A stretch of DNA of 64,000 nt, taken from contig NC_068981.1 of NCBI RefSeq assembly GCF_001194135.2, forward strand, positions 168,065,555 through 168,129,554. Reading direction: 5' to 3'. The notes under the pieces were generated by a model that was not told where the DNA came from, did not search any database, and was given only the letters and a program-made list of their open reading frames with translations. Below, one piece after another: positions 51,149-63,185 of the stretch. The first letter of the stretch is position 1. Each line of letters begins with the position of its first letter. This DNA is from Octopus bimaculoides. Taxonomy: Eukaryota. The translations under genes and the position numbers were made by a program.

Positions 51149-52073
51149 CTGTAAATATTATAAATATACGTTCTACAATTAATAGTCCTAAAAATTATGA
51201 TCAGATGGACATTATCATTGACTTTGAACGGTACCGGGTGTTTCGTTATCCCTAATTAGCTAATACCTTTCCGAATCACTTGATTCTTTAGGCTTGGTTC
51301 TTATCTTTAAGTATTTAAAACACAAATCCTTCGATAAATATTTCCCCGATCAAGGCAGAAGTGAACTCTGCTCCAAAAGTGAGTGAAACACTCATCAGTT
51401 TCAGAACTTCTGATGATGTTTAAAGATGATCAACTCTAACAATCTTACAGTATCTACATTGAACTTGGAGTAGTTCTACGGAGAGCTAAATACACTGATT
51501 AAGGATTTGATTCAGTATTGGTCGTTTGATAGGAGACACTGATCTCTCAGCATAATATTCGATATTGACTGGCCATAAATGCCTGGGACATTAAATGACG
51601 GAATGGCCATAACTGGAATCTTTGGAGTTGTCAACCTTACTTGCCTTATCTCAGTCAGAATTAGGCGATGATCCAATGTTTACATCTTAATGTAGGTAGA
51701 ATCTTGATTCATTAAGGTTTTCTTGCTTGCTACATCAACAATGTTAGTGCTACCGAAGCCTCGTTAACGGAAAACTTAATCAGAAGATTCTCATAGAAGA
51801 AACTGCCGCAGACATTTCTCGTATCAAATACATCGACATTGCTTCTACAGAATTCAAGAACATGTTACCACTCTAGGTTGACATAGGAGAGCTGGTCCAC
51901 GGTTGATCTGACTTTATGGAGATCCTTCGTGATGGTTATTACTGAAGAGGGTGATTGACGTTAAGTGATCGGTTTCCTTGCAGATCGAAGCCCATTCAAA
52001 TCAGAGACTATGATTTAAAACAGAGGAAGTTAGTATTAAACATTCATTCTGCCGTAGTATTTTTATCACTTGA

Positions 52074-52109
<36 letters not shown>

Positions 52110-52735
52110 CATACATACATATATATATATATAATATATAGTAAGTGATTAAGCAATCACAAACTAGTTTTCTAGTTTTATTAGATATTCCATTGCTCTG
52201 TGCGTTAGATTCTCTAACCTAATAAAAAAAAAACATTTGATAAATATACATATATTCTTTGAAGAAACCAAGCTCATTAATAAATTAAGTCAACACACAT
52301 ATATGCGTATGTGTATGAATGAGTATATATATATATAGGTGTGTTAGTGTGTATAGTGCGTGTGTACTTATGGTGAGCGTACGTATGTATGTGTTTGTGT
52401 GTGTGCATATATATATATATATACATACATACGTATATACATATGTACGTACATACATACAAACATACATGCAAATATAGTGAGAATTTGCAAAAAACAA
52501 AAGACGAAGACGAGTGTGTAAACAACAAGCAGAGTATTAGTTTAACGCTCGGGAAGTGAGAAATTCTTTTACATTTCTAGCCATTGCTTTTCGACAGAAA
52601 GGAACACAGAAATAAGCAGGGAGAGAAAATAGAAAATATACATACATAAATGCATATATGTACGCATGCACGTGTGTATGTATGTGTGTACGCATGTATG
52701 TATATTTGCATGTGTATACATACATACATACTCAC

Positions 52736-52790
<55 letters not shown>

Positions 52791-53006
52791 CCATTTTATT
52801 CCGATATACTTAGCTGAATAAACAAGAGAAATATGTTAACCAATTAAATATGCAGCTATACATATTCGCTAGCAAAATGACTGGGAGAACAAAAACACTC
52901 AGCGACATCTGCTGCTTTAAAACGTAATAGTAAAGTGGTCATAAGTATACCTGATGTACTAAACCGTGAAATTACACATTAAGTGATGAGAAAAGAGCTT
53001 AAGTAT

Positions 53007-53227
53007 TTAACCCTTTCACATGTAAACCAGCCATATCAGGCTCAAATATTCTATCTATTTTATATTCCAACTGGTTAGATCTAACCTCTCCTTGACAATG
53101 TCGTTCCAAAAATAAACAATCATATCATTGAAATTTCATAGCTATGAAATAATATAAAATTAATTCAAACCAGTGTGAATAAATAAACTTTACATATGAA
53201 AGAGTAATCTGAATGCTAAAGAGTTGA
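53007..53227. mobile_element. piggyBac-type MITE, decayed
   Basis: TTAA|CCCTTT.. left end and ..ATGCTAAAGAG|TTGA right end (degenerate TIR and TTAA TSD). Confidence 0.55.
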
Positions 53228-53635
53228 TATAAAGAAAGAAAAGCGCTTAGCCGTAATGAATTCGATCAAGCGAGCACCAATATTGGTATTGATGGAAGCT
53301 AATATGTTACTAATGAAGTCGATAAACGAGATTGGATGGACAATTATTTGATGTGAACCAATAGAGGGGACTCTACGTGGTCGCCCGACCTGCGAGAAAT
53401 AGCAGGCAAATCTATCTTATTGATGTCATTAAAATTTAGAAACTGCGACAACCTGAAATAATTATTTTGGGGAACGATGAATCTTGAAGCAGATAAAGTT
53501 ATAAATAATAATGTATAAATATTGGGTTGAATACGCTATAATTTATAGCTTTATGTACTTCGAGATTCAACGTTCCAAAAGAGAAATGTACTCTAATTTG
53601 CATCGTGCCCTTTTTAATGGCTAATTGAATAGTGA

Positions 53636-53879
53636 GATCATTGTGGTTTTCGTCACTGTTTACAATTTTGTTTTCAAATTTGATATATGGATTAAGTTTT
53701 GTATACTAATTATGATAATGAAATTCATTTTCCCTATAAATCTATAAGTAAAAAGTTATTAGCCTTTAAAATTTGCAAATTTTGGGTATTTTAGCCAATC
53801 AGAAGCGAGTATTTTACACAGCACCGTGGCGAAGAACTGTTTCCATAGTAACCAAAGATGCTGCTCATGTGCACAAGGA
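53636..53879 (+). mobile_element. Dispersed repeat family F, copy 2
   Basis: Colinear with 46650-46904. Confidence 0.85.
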
Positions 53880-54069
53880 ATGTAGCCACCAAATCGAGTG
53901 TAATCAACAAATTGAGAGTACCTGGACATCTTTAAAGCGTGGAAACAAATGCCGGTGTTGGACACACCGTTCCATGGTTGACTCTTATCTTTGTAAATTT
54001 ATGTGGAGAAGGAGATATGAGAAAGATCATTTATTTTATAAAATCCTAGAGTGCATTGCAAGCTTTCGT

Positions 54070-54487
54070 TACTTACTTTTTCTTTTACTTGTTTCAGTCA
54101 TTTGACTGCGGCCATGCTGGATCACCGCCTTAAGTCGAGCAAATCGACCCCAGTACTTATTCTTTGTAAGTCTAGTACTTATTGTATCGGTCTCTTTTTG
54201 CCGAACCGCTAAGTAACGGGGGACGTAAACACACCACCATCGGTTGTCAAGCGATGTTAGTGGGGGGGAAACACAGACACACAAACATATACACACACAT
54301 ACATACATATATATATACATATATACGACGGGCTTCTTTCAGTTTCTGTCTACCAAATCCACTCACAAGGCTTTGGTCGGCCCGAGGCTATAGCAGAAGA
54401 CACTTGCCCAAGATGCTATGCAGTGGGAATGAACCCGGAACCGTGTGGTTGGTAAGCAAGCTACTGACCACGCAGACACTCCTGCAC
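54070..54487 (-). mobile_element. SINE family B, full length (~420 bp) with internal (CA/TA) microsatellite
   Basis: tRNA-like head at 54487, central microsatellite 54270-54325, 3' end GCATGGCCGCAGTCAAATGACTGAAACAAGTAAAAGA. Confidence 0.93.
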
Positions 54488-54635
54488 TTAACTAATAAAT
54501 GTCTGTTTTAAGCAATGATTTGATTGTTATTTCTAGCAATTCTTGTTGGTTTGCTCGCGAATGTTTTAATATTAAGTTTGCTCGTGTATATTTTAATGTT
54601 TTGACTTATTTCTAGCAACCGCGAATATTTTCATG

Positions 54636-54810
54636 TGGTATTTCGCCTGCCGCTACTTTCTGAGTTCAAATTCCCCCGAGGTTGACTTTGCCTTTCATCC
54701 TCACGGGGTCGATAAATTAAGTACCAGTTACGAACTGGGGTCGATGTAATCGTCTGGTCCCCTCCTCCAAAATTTCGGGTCTTGTGCCTATAATGCAAAG
54801 GATTATTATT
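54636..54810 (+). mobile_element. SINE family A, 5'-truncated
   Basis: Core plus tail ending GGATTATTATT. Confidence 0.88.
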
Positions 54811-54841
54811 AAAATCATCATCACTACTACTACTACTTGTG

Positions 54842-54905
<64 letters not shown>

Positions 54906-55426
54906 CCGTTGTTTTATGACTGAAATAAGCAATACTTTGTTTCATAGATATGAGGGGTATGTGATGGAAAGAAGAAAAATAAAAGGCAAACAATTTAAAA
55001 TTAAATGAACCATGCAATAGATTAAAATACATATAAATTTTTAATACCATCTACTTTCACAGAGCATATGGCCATCTTCGGATGTATTGTCTCTAAATAA
55101 TGAATTTAATTCGTAAAGCAATTGAGGAATATAAAACTGTCTGTAAAAATATTATCATTCGACTATTTTTCTGAAGTGGTAGAATAGAAGAAACGTAGGT
55201 GGACAGTGCTTGTCAGTTGTCTATGTTACTTGTGTATTGGGTGAAAGTTCGAGATGAAAACAGTGATAAATGGATAGGGAGAAGAGGGGGGGGAACAGAC
55301 AGTAGACAGAGCTCGAGGTGAAAACAGTGATAGATTGATAGATAATAGATAAGCAGAGAGATAGACAGACAGACAGACACACAGACAGACAGACAGACAG
55401 ACACACAGAAGGACAGACAGACAGAC

Positions 55427-55482
<56 letters not shown>

Positions 55483-55589
55483 CCTTTGAAAGAAATTGCT
55501 TATAACAACTTAGGAAGAAAAATTAGGAATCGCCATTCTTTCTATCTGTCCTCTCTCTCTCTCTCTCTCTCGCTCTCTCTCTCTCTCGC

Positions 55590-55651
<62 letters not shown>

Positions 55652-55760
55652 TCTATGTTTTCCTTATATTATGACACGCATATACACGCACATACAGTTA
55701 CAGTCTTATGAACATGACAACAGTATTGTCTGTGTGTCTGTCTCTCAGTGTGTATGAATG

Positions 55761-56175
55761 TACAGGGTGTTCAGACTAAATCTGACAATTTGTAGAAAAG
55801 GAAAACTAAACACATCCCGTCCAAAAATAAAAGTAGTTTTAAAAAGATTAAAAAAATATCAACTAGATTATGGCTGGGAGATAGCAGTTTACTCAAAGTA
55901 GCCGCCCTTACCTTCCACTATGGCCTCAAGACAGCTCTGGAATGGCGCATGCGTTCCTCACTGTGTCCCTGGAATGATCCTCCAACACTTCCTTGATCAT
56001 CGTCAGCAACTCGGTCTTGGTGTTGCAGGTAGAATGGTTGGTGTCTTTCACAACCGCGCCCCACACATAGTAATCCGTGGCATTACCGTCGAGGGAATTA
56101 GGAGACCAGAAATTGGGGCTGGTGAAGTCATAGAAATTCTCCAAAAACCAGTTCTTTCTGGAGATATGACAAAGA
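55761..56175 (-). mobile_element. Tc1/mariner (maT/DD37D-like) 3' end with TIR and TA TSD
   Basis: ENFYDFTSPNFWSPNSLDGNATDYYVWGAV (decayed WPPNSPDLNPLDY); after a frameshift LEAIVEGKGGYFE*; TA|CAGGGTGTTCAGAC terminus at 55761. Confidence 0.85.
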
Positions 56176-56214
56176 ACCAAATCCTCTTGTCATATATATT
56201 TGCCTTCTATCAGC

Positions 56215-56325
56215 ACGCTACGCAAAATGCTTAGCGGTATTTCGCCCCGTCATTACGTTCTGAGTTCAAATTCCGCCTTGGTCGACTTTGTTTTCATCCT
56301 TTCGAGGTCGATAAATTAAGCAGCG
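56215..56325 (+). mobile_element. SINE family A fragment
   Basis: AATGCTTAGCGGTATTTCG..GTTCTGAGTTCAAATTCCGCC..GGTCGATAAATTAAG. Confidence 0.88.
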
Positions 56326-56526
56326 AAGGACTTCGCTTTTGATATCTTATTTGTATCTCTTGAAAGACCTTTGGAATGATACAAGAATGTATTGAAACAT
56401 TTGTACTATTGTAATGTATCATTTGGTTAATAAAAGCAATATCTACTCTACATCTGTACGTTATCAATTACTTCCTTGAGTTATAATCTATTCAATCCAT
56501 GAATGAGATTTAAAATGAATGTGTGT

Positions 56527-56690
56527 GCAGGAGTGGCTGTGCGGTAAGTAGCTTGCTTACCAACCACATGGTTCCGGGTTCAGTCCCACTGCGTGGCATC
56601 TTGGGTAAGTGTCTTCTACTATAGCCTCGGGCCGACCAAAGCCTTGTGAATGGATTTGGTAGACGGAAACTGAAAGAAGCCTGTCATATA
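56527..56690 (+). mobile_element. SINE family B, 5' half
   Basis: GCAGGAGTGGCTGTGCGGTAAGTAGCTTGCTTACC...GAAACTGAAAGAAGCC. Confidence 0.93.
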
Positions 56691-56692
56691 TA

Positions 56693-57358
56693 TGTATATG
56701 TGTGTGTGCGTGTGTTGTGTAAACACACACATATATACAATACATATGTAAGCATGTATACATTTTTGCATACATATTTACATGAATAAATGCAAATTTA
56801 CATGTAATTTATGTAAACTCACAAAATAAACTAAGCAAGTAANNNNNNNNNNNNNNNNNNNNNNNNNNNNNNNNNNNNNNNNNNNNNNNNNNNNNNNNNN
56901 NNNNNNNNNNNNNNNNNNNNNNNNNNNNNNNNNNNNNNNNNNNNNNNNNNNNNNNNNNNNNNNNNNNNNNNNNNNNNNNNNNNNNNNNNNNNNNNNNNNN
57001 NNNNNNNNNNNNNNNNNNNNNNNNNNNNNNNNNNNNNNNNNNNNNNNNNNNNNNNNNNNNNNNNNNNNNNNNNNNNNNNNNNNNNNNNNNNNNNNNNNNN
57101 NNNNNNNNNNNNNNNNNNNNNNNNNNNNNNNNNNNNNNNNNNNNNNNNNNNNNNNNNNNNNNNNNNNNNNNNNNNNNNNNNNNNNNNNNNNNNNNNNNNN
57201 NNNNNNNNNNNNNNNNNNNNNNNNNNNNNNNNNNNNNNNNNNNNNNNNNNNNNNNNNNNNNNNNNNNNNNNNNNNNNNNNNNNNNNNNNNNNNNNNNNNN
57301 NNNNNNNNNNNNNNNNNNNNNNNNNNNNNNNNNNNNNNNNNNNNNNNNNNNNNNNNNN

Positions 57359-57421
<63 letters not shown>

Positions 57422-57678
57422 TCTCTCTCTCACTCACTCACTCCCTTTCTCTGAACACTCACGAAATGTCAGATATTTCTTCCCCGAGACAGACGAACTT
57501 CTTCGAGCTCAATAATTTCAACCTCATGTGTATATGTGTGTGTGCGTGTGTTGTGTAAACACACACATATATACAATACATATGTAAGCATGTATACATT
57601 TTTGCATACATATTTACATGAATAAATGCAAATTTACATGTAATTTATGTAAACTCACAAAATAAACTAAGCAAGTAA
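56693..57678. repeat. Identical 150-bp direct duplication spanning an assembly gap
   Basis: 56693-56842 equals 57529-57678. Confidence 0.9.
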
Positions 57679-57925
57679 TAGTATACATATTAAAATATAG
57701 TATATATTTACTGGGACGCAATTTGCCTTTCTGAAAACTGATTGCATTATTAAAAGTGCAACCAGAGCTGTTGTCTATCGGAAATAAATAAAACAAACTT
57801 GAATTTACCCACATTGTGTACAATCACAACAACAACAACACCAACATAAATTATGAAGTATAAAATTTACTTCAAACTTCACCGAATTTAAATTCACGGC
57901 TAGATGATTTTGTTTTCTTACTTAC

Positions 57926-58007
57926 CGTGCGTCGTTTGGTTAAATGAGGATGCCTTGGGAAAAGCATTACTATTTTTACATTTTGTTCCTTCCGCATTTA
58001 AATAGTG
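57926..58007 (-). CDS. Candidate internal exon, unknown product
   Basis: Minus-strand TGATAATGTTTACAG acceptor, CG|GTAAGT donor, 82 nt, one open frame HYLNAEGTKCKNSNAFPKASSFNQTTH. Confidence 0.25.
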
Positions 58008-58037
58008 CTGTAAACATTATCAATCACATATACTCAG

Positions 58038-58443
58038 TGTGCTTTGCTTGTTTACCGGTAGGCCGTGATTTAGTGCGGTGGGAATGACTCCCACAAAGCA
58101 CCGAGAGTTAAAACACCTGAAAATCATAGACAAGTGAGACATTGGTACTGCTTCTAATTCATATTTCAGTTTATTCTTGCGTACATATCATTGGGGCATA
58201 CCAGAAAATGGTTTTACATTATTTGTATATAATTCTTGACTGGGAATTCAGTTTTTCTCCGATTCGGTTCAGGTACGTGATGTCGATAAGCTACAAAAAT
58301 GGCAAAACATCGATATCCATCCCTCCTAATAGGATTTGGGACGAGTTGTATCACTTGTCTATGACTTACTGGTGTTTTAACATCCGGTGCTTTGAGGGAG
58401 TCATCCTCACCGCATTAAATCGCAGTTAACGAAGCAAAGCACA
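58038..58443. mobile_element. Foldback element with about 100-bp terminal inverted repeats
   Basis: Arms 58038-58140 and 58348-58443 (GTGCTTTGCTT..GCGGTG..ATGACTCCC.CAAAGCACCG..GTTAAAACACC..TCATAGACAAGTGA). Confidence 0.88.
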
Positions 58444-58480
58444 TACATTGAAAATGTGTGGCCGCGAATATATGTATATA

Positions 58481-59103
58481 AACGAGGTCTGATCAATACG
58501 TATCCGGACTGTTGCCATACTAACGAAACTAAAGCACGCAAAGTAAAGTCGCTTGGCACAGATTAACCTTGAACTATCCTGTGCAAGCACACTAAGTTTT
58601 AACGTTCTAGCTTATTTCTGGTGTTTACAGCAGTGCTTGGAAGGAAAGTGTGTAGCGTGTGATCGTCGCATTGACCATAACAGAGAAAGTTGTCATGGCG
58701 ATGCCTGCTCAGAGGCCTTCACAAAGGTGCAGAAAGTGAATAGAGAGGGGTGTATGAGCCGCACACAAGTGTACAAGTGATTCAGACGTTTCCAAGATGG
58801 CCGAAAAATGTCGATAGTGACGAACGCTCTGGGAGACCCGCAACCAGCAGAACTGAGAAAAACATCGCAGATGTGCGTGCAGCTGTGAGAGGAAATCATC
58901 GAATCCCCATCCGTGAGTTATCAGAGGATGTGCAGATCAATTACAGTTCAGTTCAGTTCATTATCACTGAAGATTTGAGTATGAGACGCGTGTCTGCCAG
59001 GTTTGTGCCAAAACTGCTTTCAGCTGACCAAAAGGATACTCGGCTTTCAGTTACACAAGATCTCCTTGATTGTGTTGAGAACGATGGAAACTTTTTGAAA
59101 ACT
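58481..59103 (+). mobile_element. Mariner transposon 5' part (TIR plus DNA-binding domain), defective
   Basis: TIR CGAGGTCTGATCAATACGTATCCGGAC; MSRTQVYK*FRRFQDGR..VDSDERSGRPATSRTEKNIADV..IRELSEDV..MRRVSARFVPKLL. Confidence 0.93.
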
Positions 59104-60008
59104 TTACGAAGGCCTCTGATCAGGTATTGTCAAGCTTTTGGCAAAANNNNNNNNNNNNNNNNNNNNNNNNNNNNNNNNNNNNNNNNNNNNNNNNNNNNNN
59201 NNNNNNNNNNNNNNNNNNNNNNNNNNNNNNNNNNNNNNNNNNNNNNNNNNNNNNNNNNNNNNNNNNNNNNNNNNNNNNNNNNNNNNNNNNNNNNNNNNNN
59301 NNNNNNNNNNNNNNNNNNNNNNNNNNNNNNNNNNNNNNNNNNNNNNNNNNNNNNNNNNNNNNNNNNNNNNNNNNNNNNNNNNNNNNNNNNNNNNNNNNNN
59401 NNNNNNNNNNNNNNNNNNNNNNNNNNNNNNNNNNNNNNNNNNNNNNNNNNNNNNNNNNNNNNNNNNNNNNNNNNNNNNNNNNNNNNNNNNNNNNNNNNNN
59501 NNNNNNNNNNNNNNNNNNNNNNNNNNNNNNNNNNNNNNNNNNNNNNNNNNNNNNNNNNNNNNNNNNNNNNNNNNNNNNNNNNNNNNNNNNNNNNNNNNNN
59601 NNNNNNNNNNNNNNNNNNNNNNNNNNNNNNNNNNNNNNNNNNNNNNNNNNNNNNNNNNNNNNNNNNNNNNNNNNNNNNNNNNNNNNNNNNNNNNNNNNTA
59701 TATATATATATATATATATATATAATAGATCAGGAGTCGAGTGAATCAGGCACTTAAATGGTAAGGCACCAGGTGGGGTCGAAAAGTAAAATATGTACAC
59801 AACAAAAAAGAGGAATACATACGCGGGTACCGAAGTACAAACAGAAAGATATTCAGGTTATGTATACGATTAACTGTACCCGACTGAGTATATCATGAGC
59901 CCTGCAGCTAATCAGGAAACGCACATTGTACTAAATGTACGGTCCATAATATACTTCGGATCTACGCAAGGAGCAAGTTCCGAGTGGGGTGAATAGTAAA
60001 TAATAAAT

Positions 60009-60282
60009 AACAATAGATGGATAATGTTTCGATCCACTACAGCTGTTTACAACGACTTTTTAATCGATTAATGGAGACATTACATCGTTAGAAAAATCCG
60101 TTTTTATCAGGTGAATACATGAATCGCAACATTCAAAATCATTCAAAAGCGAACAGCATGTACACCTTCATGATTTTATGACCTTTGCCTAGGCTTTTTC
60201 TAGTTATGTAACGTCTCCAATAATCAATTAAAAATTCGTTGAAAACAGCTGTAGTAGGTTGACACATTAGCCATCTGTCGTT
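60009..60282. mobile_element. Foldback MITE, about 88-bp arms
   Basis: AACAATAGATGGATAATGTTTCG..CTACAGCTGTTTACAACGA..TGGAGACATTACAT versus its reverse complement at 60195-60282. Confidence 0.85.
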
Positions 60283-60286
60283 CTTA

Positions 60287-60340
<54 letters not shown>

Positions 60341-60433
60341 TAATCGAAGTGTACAACCTACTCTTGACAAATATACGAGTACATATCTTTTCTGACTTTT
60401 GGATTCTTAGACTGTTATAATAATGTTTGTGTA

Positions 60434-60513
<80 letters not shown>

Positions 60514-60644
60514 GAGATAGATATACACATACATATGTATATGTATGCATGTATGAATATAAGTTTGTGTGTGTAAATGTATATATGTATGTGTGTATGT
60601 ATACACATACGTACATACACAGGTGTGTGTGTATGTGGGTGTGT

Positions 60645-60754
<110 letters not shown>

Positions 60755-61644
60755 ATGGTGTCACTGTGAGGATTTGTCTGAGTAAGCAGATGCGTTCAAC
60801 ACTTCAGAATTAAATGCTAAGCAAAGTCAATCGTCCAGTCACTTTGTCTGAAATTGTTTTCTAACTGTTAGTTTCGAAGCCAATTATTATGCTATAGTAA
60901 TCTGCCTAATAGGATTAACTTACATTTATGTATATTTTGGACTCAAAACTAACCAAGGCGAAGAAAAGGTGGGATTAATCTAAAAATATATTTACGACAG
61001 CCTGAAAATTAGTCTTCCTTGCCTAGAATAATTGATACGCGAGATTTTGAGAACGAGGAAGGAAGTTGCCGTACCTTCATCTCGGCAAATTATTTCAAAC
61101 GACCGGACTTGATAATAATGTCACATAACAAACTTCTTGTTAAAGCTTCTTGAAAATTAAACAGTTGCATCTCACCGCCAATTCGTAAAAATGGTGCAGC
61201 TTTGTCAAATGCCCCAAAATTAAGCGTTAATATCTTATGACAGAATATTAAATTTTCAATATGATTAAATTAGGTAATAAGTATTACAAAGTGGAACAAC
61301 CTAATTACGTAAGCGGTTGATATTTCTGTACCGTTTGCAAGCGATTCCGCTGCGTGTAGTCTTATGGTGCTGATTTCAAGTCTTGCAATGATACTGTCAT
61401 TGTAGCTATTGTTTATTCCATGTAATCTTTGACCAATGGAAGGCGGTGAGCTAGCAAGATCGTTACTTTCGAGGTCGCTAAAATAAGTACCAATTGAGCA
61501 CTCGGGTTGATATAATCAATTTAACCCCGCCCCCGAAATTGGTGGCCTTGTACCAAAATTTGAAACTAATCTTTGACCAAGAGTATTCCACCTGTGATTA
61601 CTTCCTTCTCTCTCTCACTTTCCATGCAAAGTATAACAAAAACT

Positions 61645-61830
61645 CTACAGTATAGCTGAATGGTTAAATCGTTCGCTTTACATCCTCGAGATCCCGGGTT
61701 CGATCCCACCCTGTGGCAACTTGAGCAAATTTCATTTTTTTTTTTTTTTATAGCTTTGGATCAATCCATTTTTGATCCAAAGCTATAAAATTAAAATTGG
61801 GTAGACAGAAACTACAGAAGCCAGTGAGGT
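61645..61830 (+). mobile_element. Diverged family B-type SINE head containing a perfect 19-bp inverted repeat
   Basis: CCCGGGTTCGATCCC B box, CTTGAGCAAA, GGGTAGACAGAAACT.CAGAAGCC; palindrome at 61746-61790. Confidence 0.75.
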
Positions 61831-62199
61831 GAAATACCTTTGTAATTTAAACGGCCCGACGTTGTCACACACAGTGTTACGCAGATTTTTACCTAAGAAT
61901 TACGTTAAGGGCACAGGTGTCAATGGAATGATCAGTCATTTACACGGTAAACCAGAAACAAGTAATTCATTTGATCGAACAACTTAATTCTTTATCGTCG
62001 AACGACAGAAATCAACCATAATTAGGACCATGTAATCCAAAACCTTCTACCCTCTTTTTATTTTCTTTAAAACATAAGGATATGATAAAAGAGGAATTTG
62101 ACTGCTGGTGAGTCCATTCAAATAACTATATACACTCTCCTGTCCCTTGTCATGGTAATAATCTCTTGCAGTTCGAGAAGGACGGTTCTGCAATTTCTG

Positions 62200-62440
62200 C
62201 ACAAATGATTTGTTTATAGTGATTAAATGTATGTATTGTACATTAGTTCACTCGCTTCATCAAATCGATGGTGCCTGAACAAGTGCACGGTGTACTGCAC
62301 GCCTTGCGTTGAAATTATATCGCAGAGTAACGTGGTATGAAGTGTTTTGCTCAAGAACACAATGGACCAGCTGATCTAGAAACTACGATCTCGCGATCGT
62401 AAGTGCAACACCGAAACCGTTTGGTCATGCGTCCTCGCAT
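62200..62440 (-). mobile_element. Diverged tRNA-derived SINE
   Basis: Reverse complement GAGGACGCATGACCAAACGG...GTTCTTGAGCAAAACACTT. Confidence 0.6.
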
Positions 62441-62953
62441 CTCTAGTCACAATATGTAAGAAATCAATATTTAACGACCAACAAAATGCTGATTTAATAT
62501 GAGTTTCTATTTAATCAAATTCCCTTTAATTTCGACAGAGAATATTTAGTTGTTCAATCAAGGGAACAATGAAGGAAACTACCTGATCATTTGATTAGCA
62601 TTGTAAGTAAGTAACTAATCACACAGACGAGTGTATCGTTAACGTAATGCTCAGGCGGAATCTGCATGATGCAGTGTGACAGTGTTGCTGTCTTTTAAAA
62701 CAAATTACGGATACAATCAAGCCAACGGGTTTTCCTACTTGCAGAAGGTGACATGTAGTAAGATTGAATCCAGGATCCCCTTCGTGCAAAGCAAATTTCA
62801 TGAATATTCGGTCATATGATGTATTAATGTTGACAATTGAAGAGCTACTGACATCAATTAGTTAAAAAAAGACTGCATATTTCGAGGTAGGAATTGATTT
62901 TATTATAGCCATAAAGGCCAAACACAGAGGGGACTGCCATTAGCTAGCTTCTG

Positions 62954-63154
62954 CACATGCATTGAGCAGACGGAAGGGAGTTGAGACAGAAAATATTTTT
63001 TTTTAATATATGACAAGATACATACACATGCATTGAGCAGACGGAAGGAAGTTGAGATAGANNNNNNNNNNAAGATACGCACACATGCATTGAGCAGACG
63101 GAAGGAAGTTGAGATAGAAAAGAATTTTTTTTTTTAATATATGACAAGATACGC

Positions 63155-63160
<6 letters not shown>
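62954..63160. repeat. About 71-bp tandem repeat, at least 3 copies, with a gap
   Basis: CACATGCATTGAGCAGACGGAAGG at 62954, 63025 and 63082. Confidence 0.9.

Positions 63161-63185
<25 letters not shown>

Noticed and set aside
60036-60258. AAACAGCTGTA motifs resembling Penelope hammerhead stem III
   Set aside because: No CTGANGA box; the two motifs are simply the arms of a foldback MITE.
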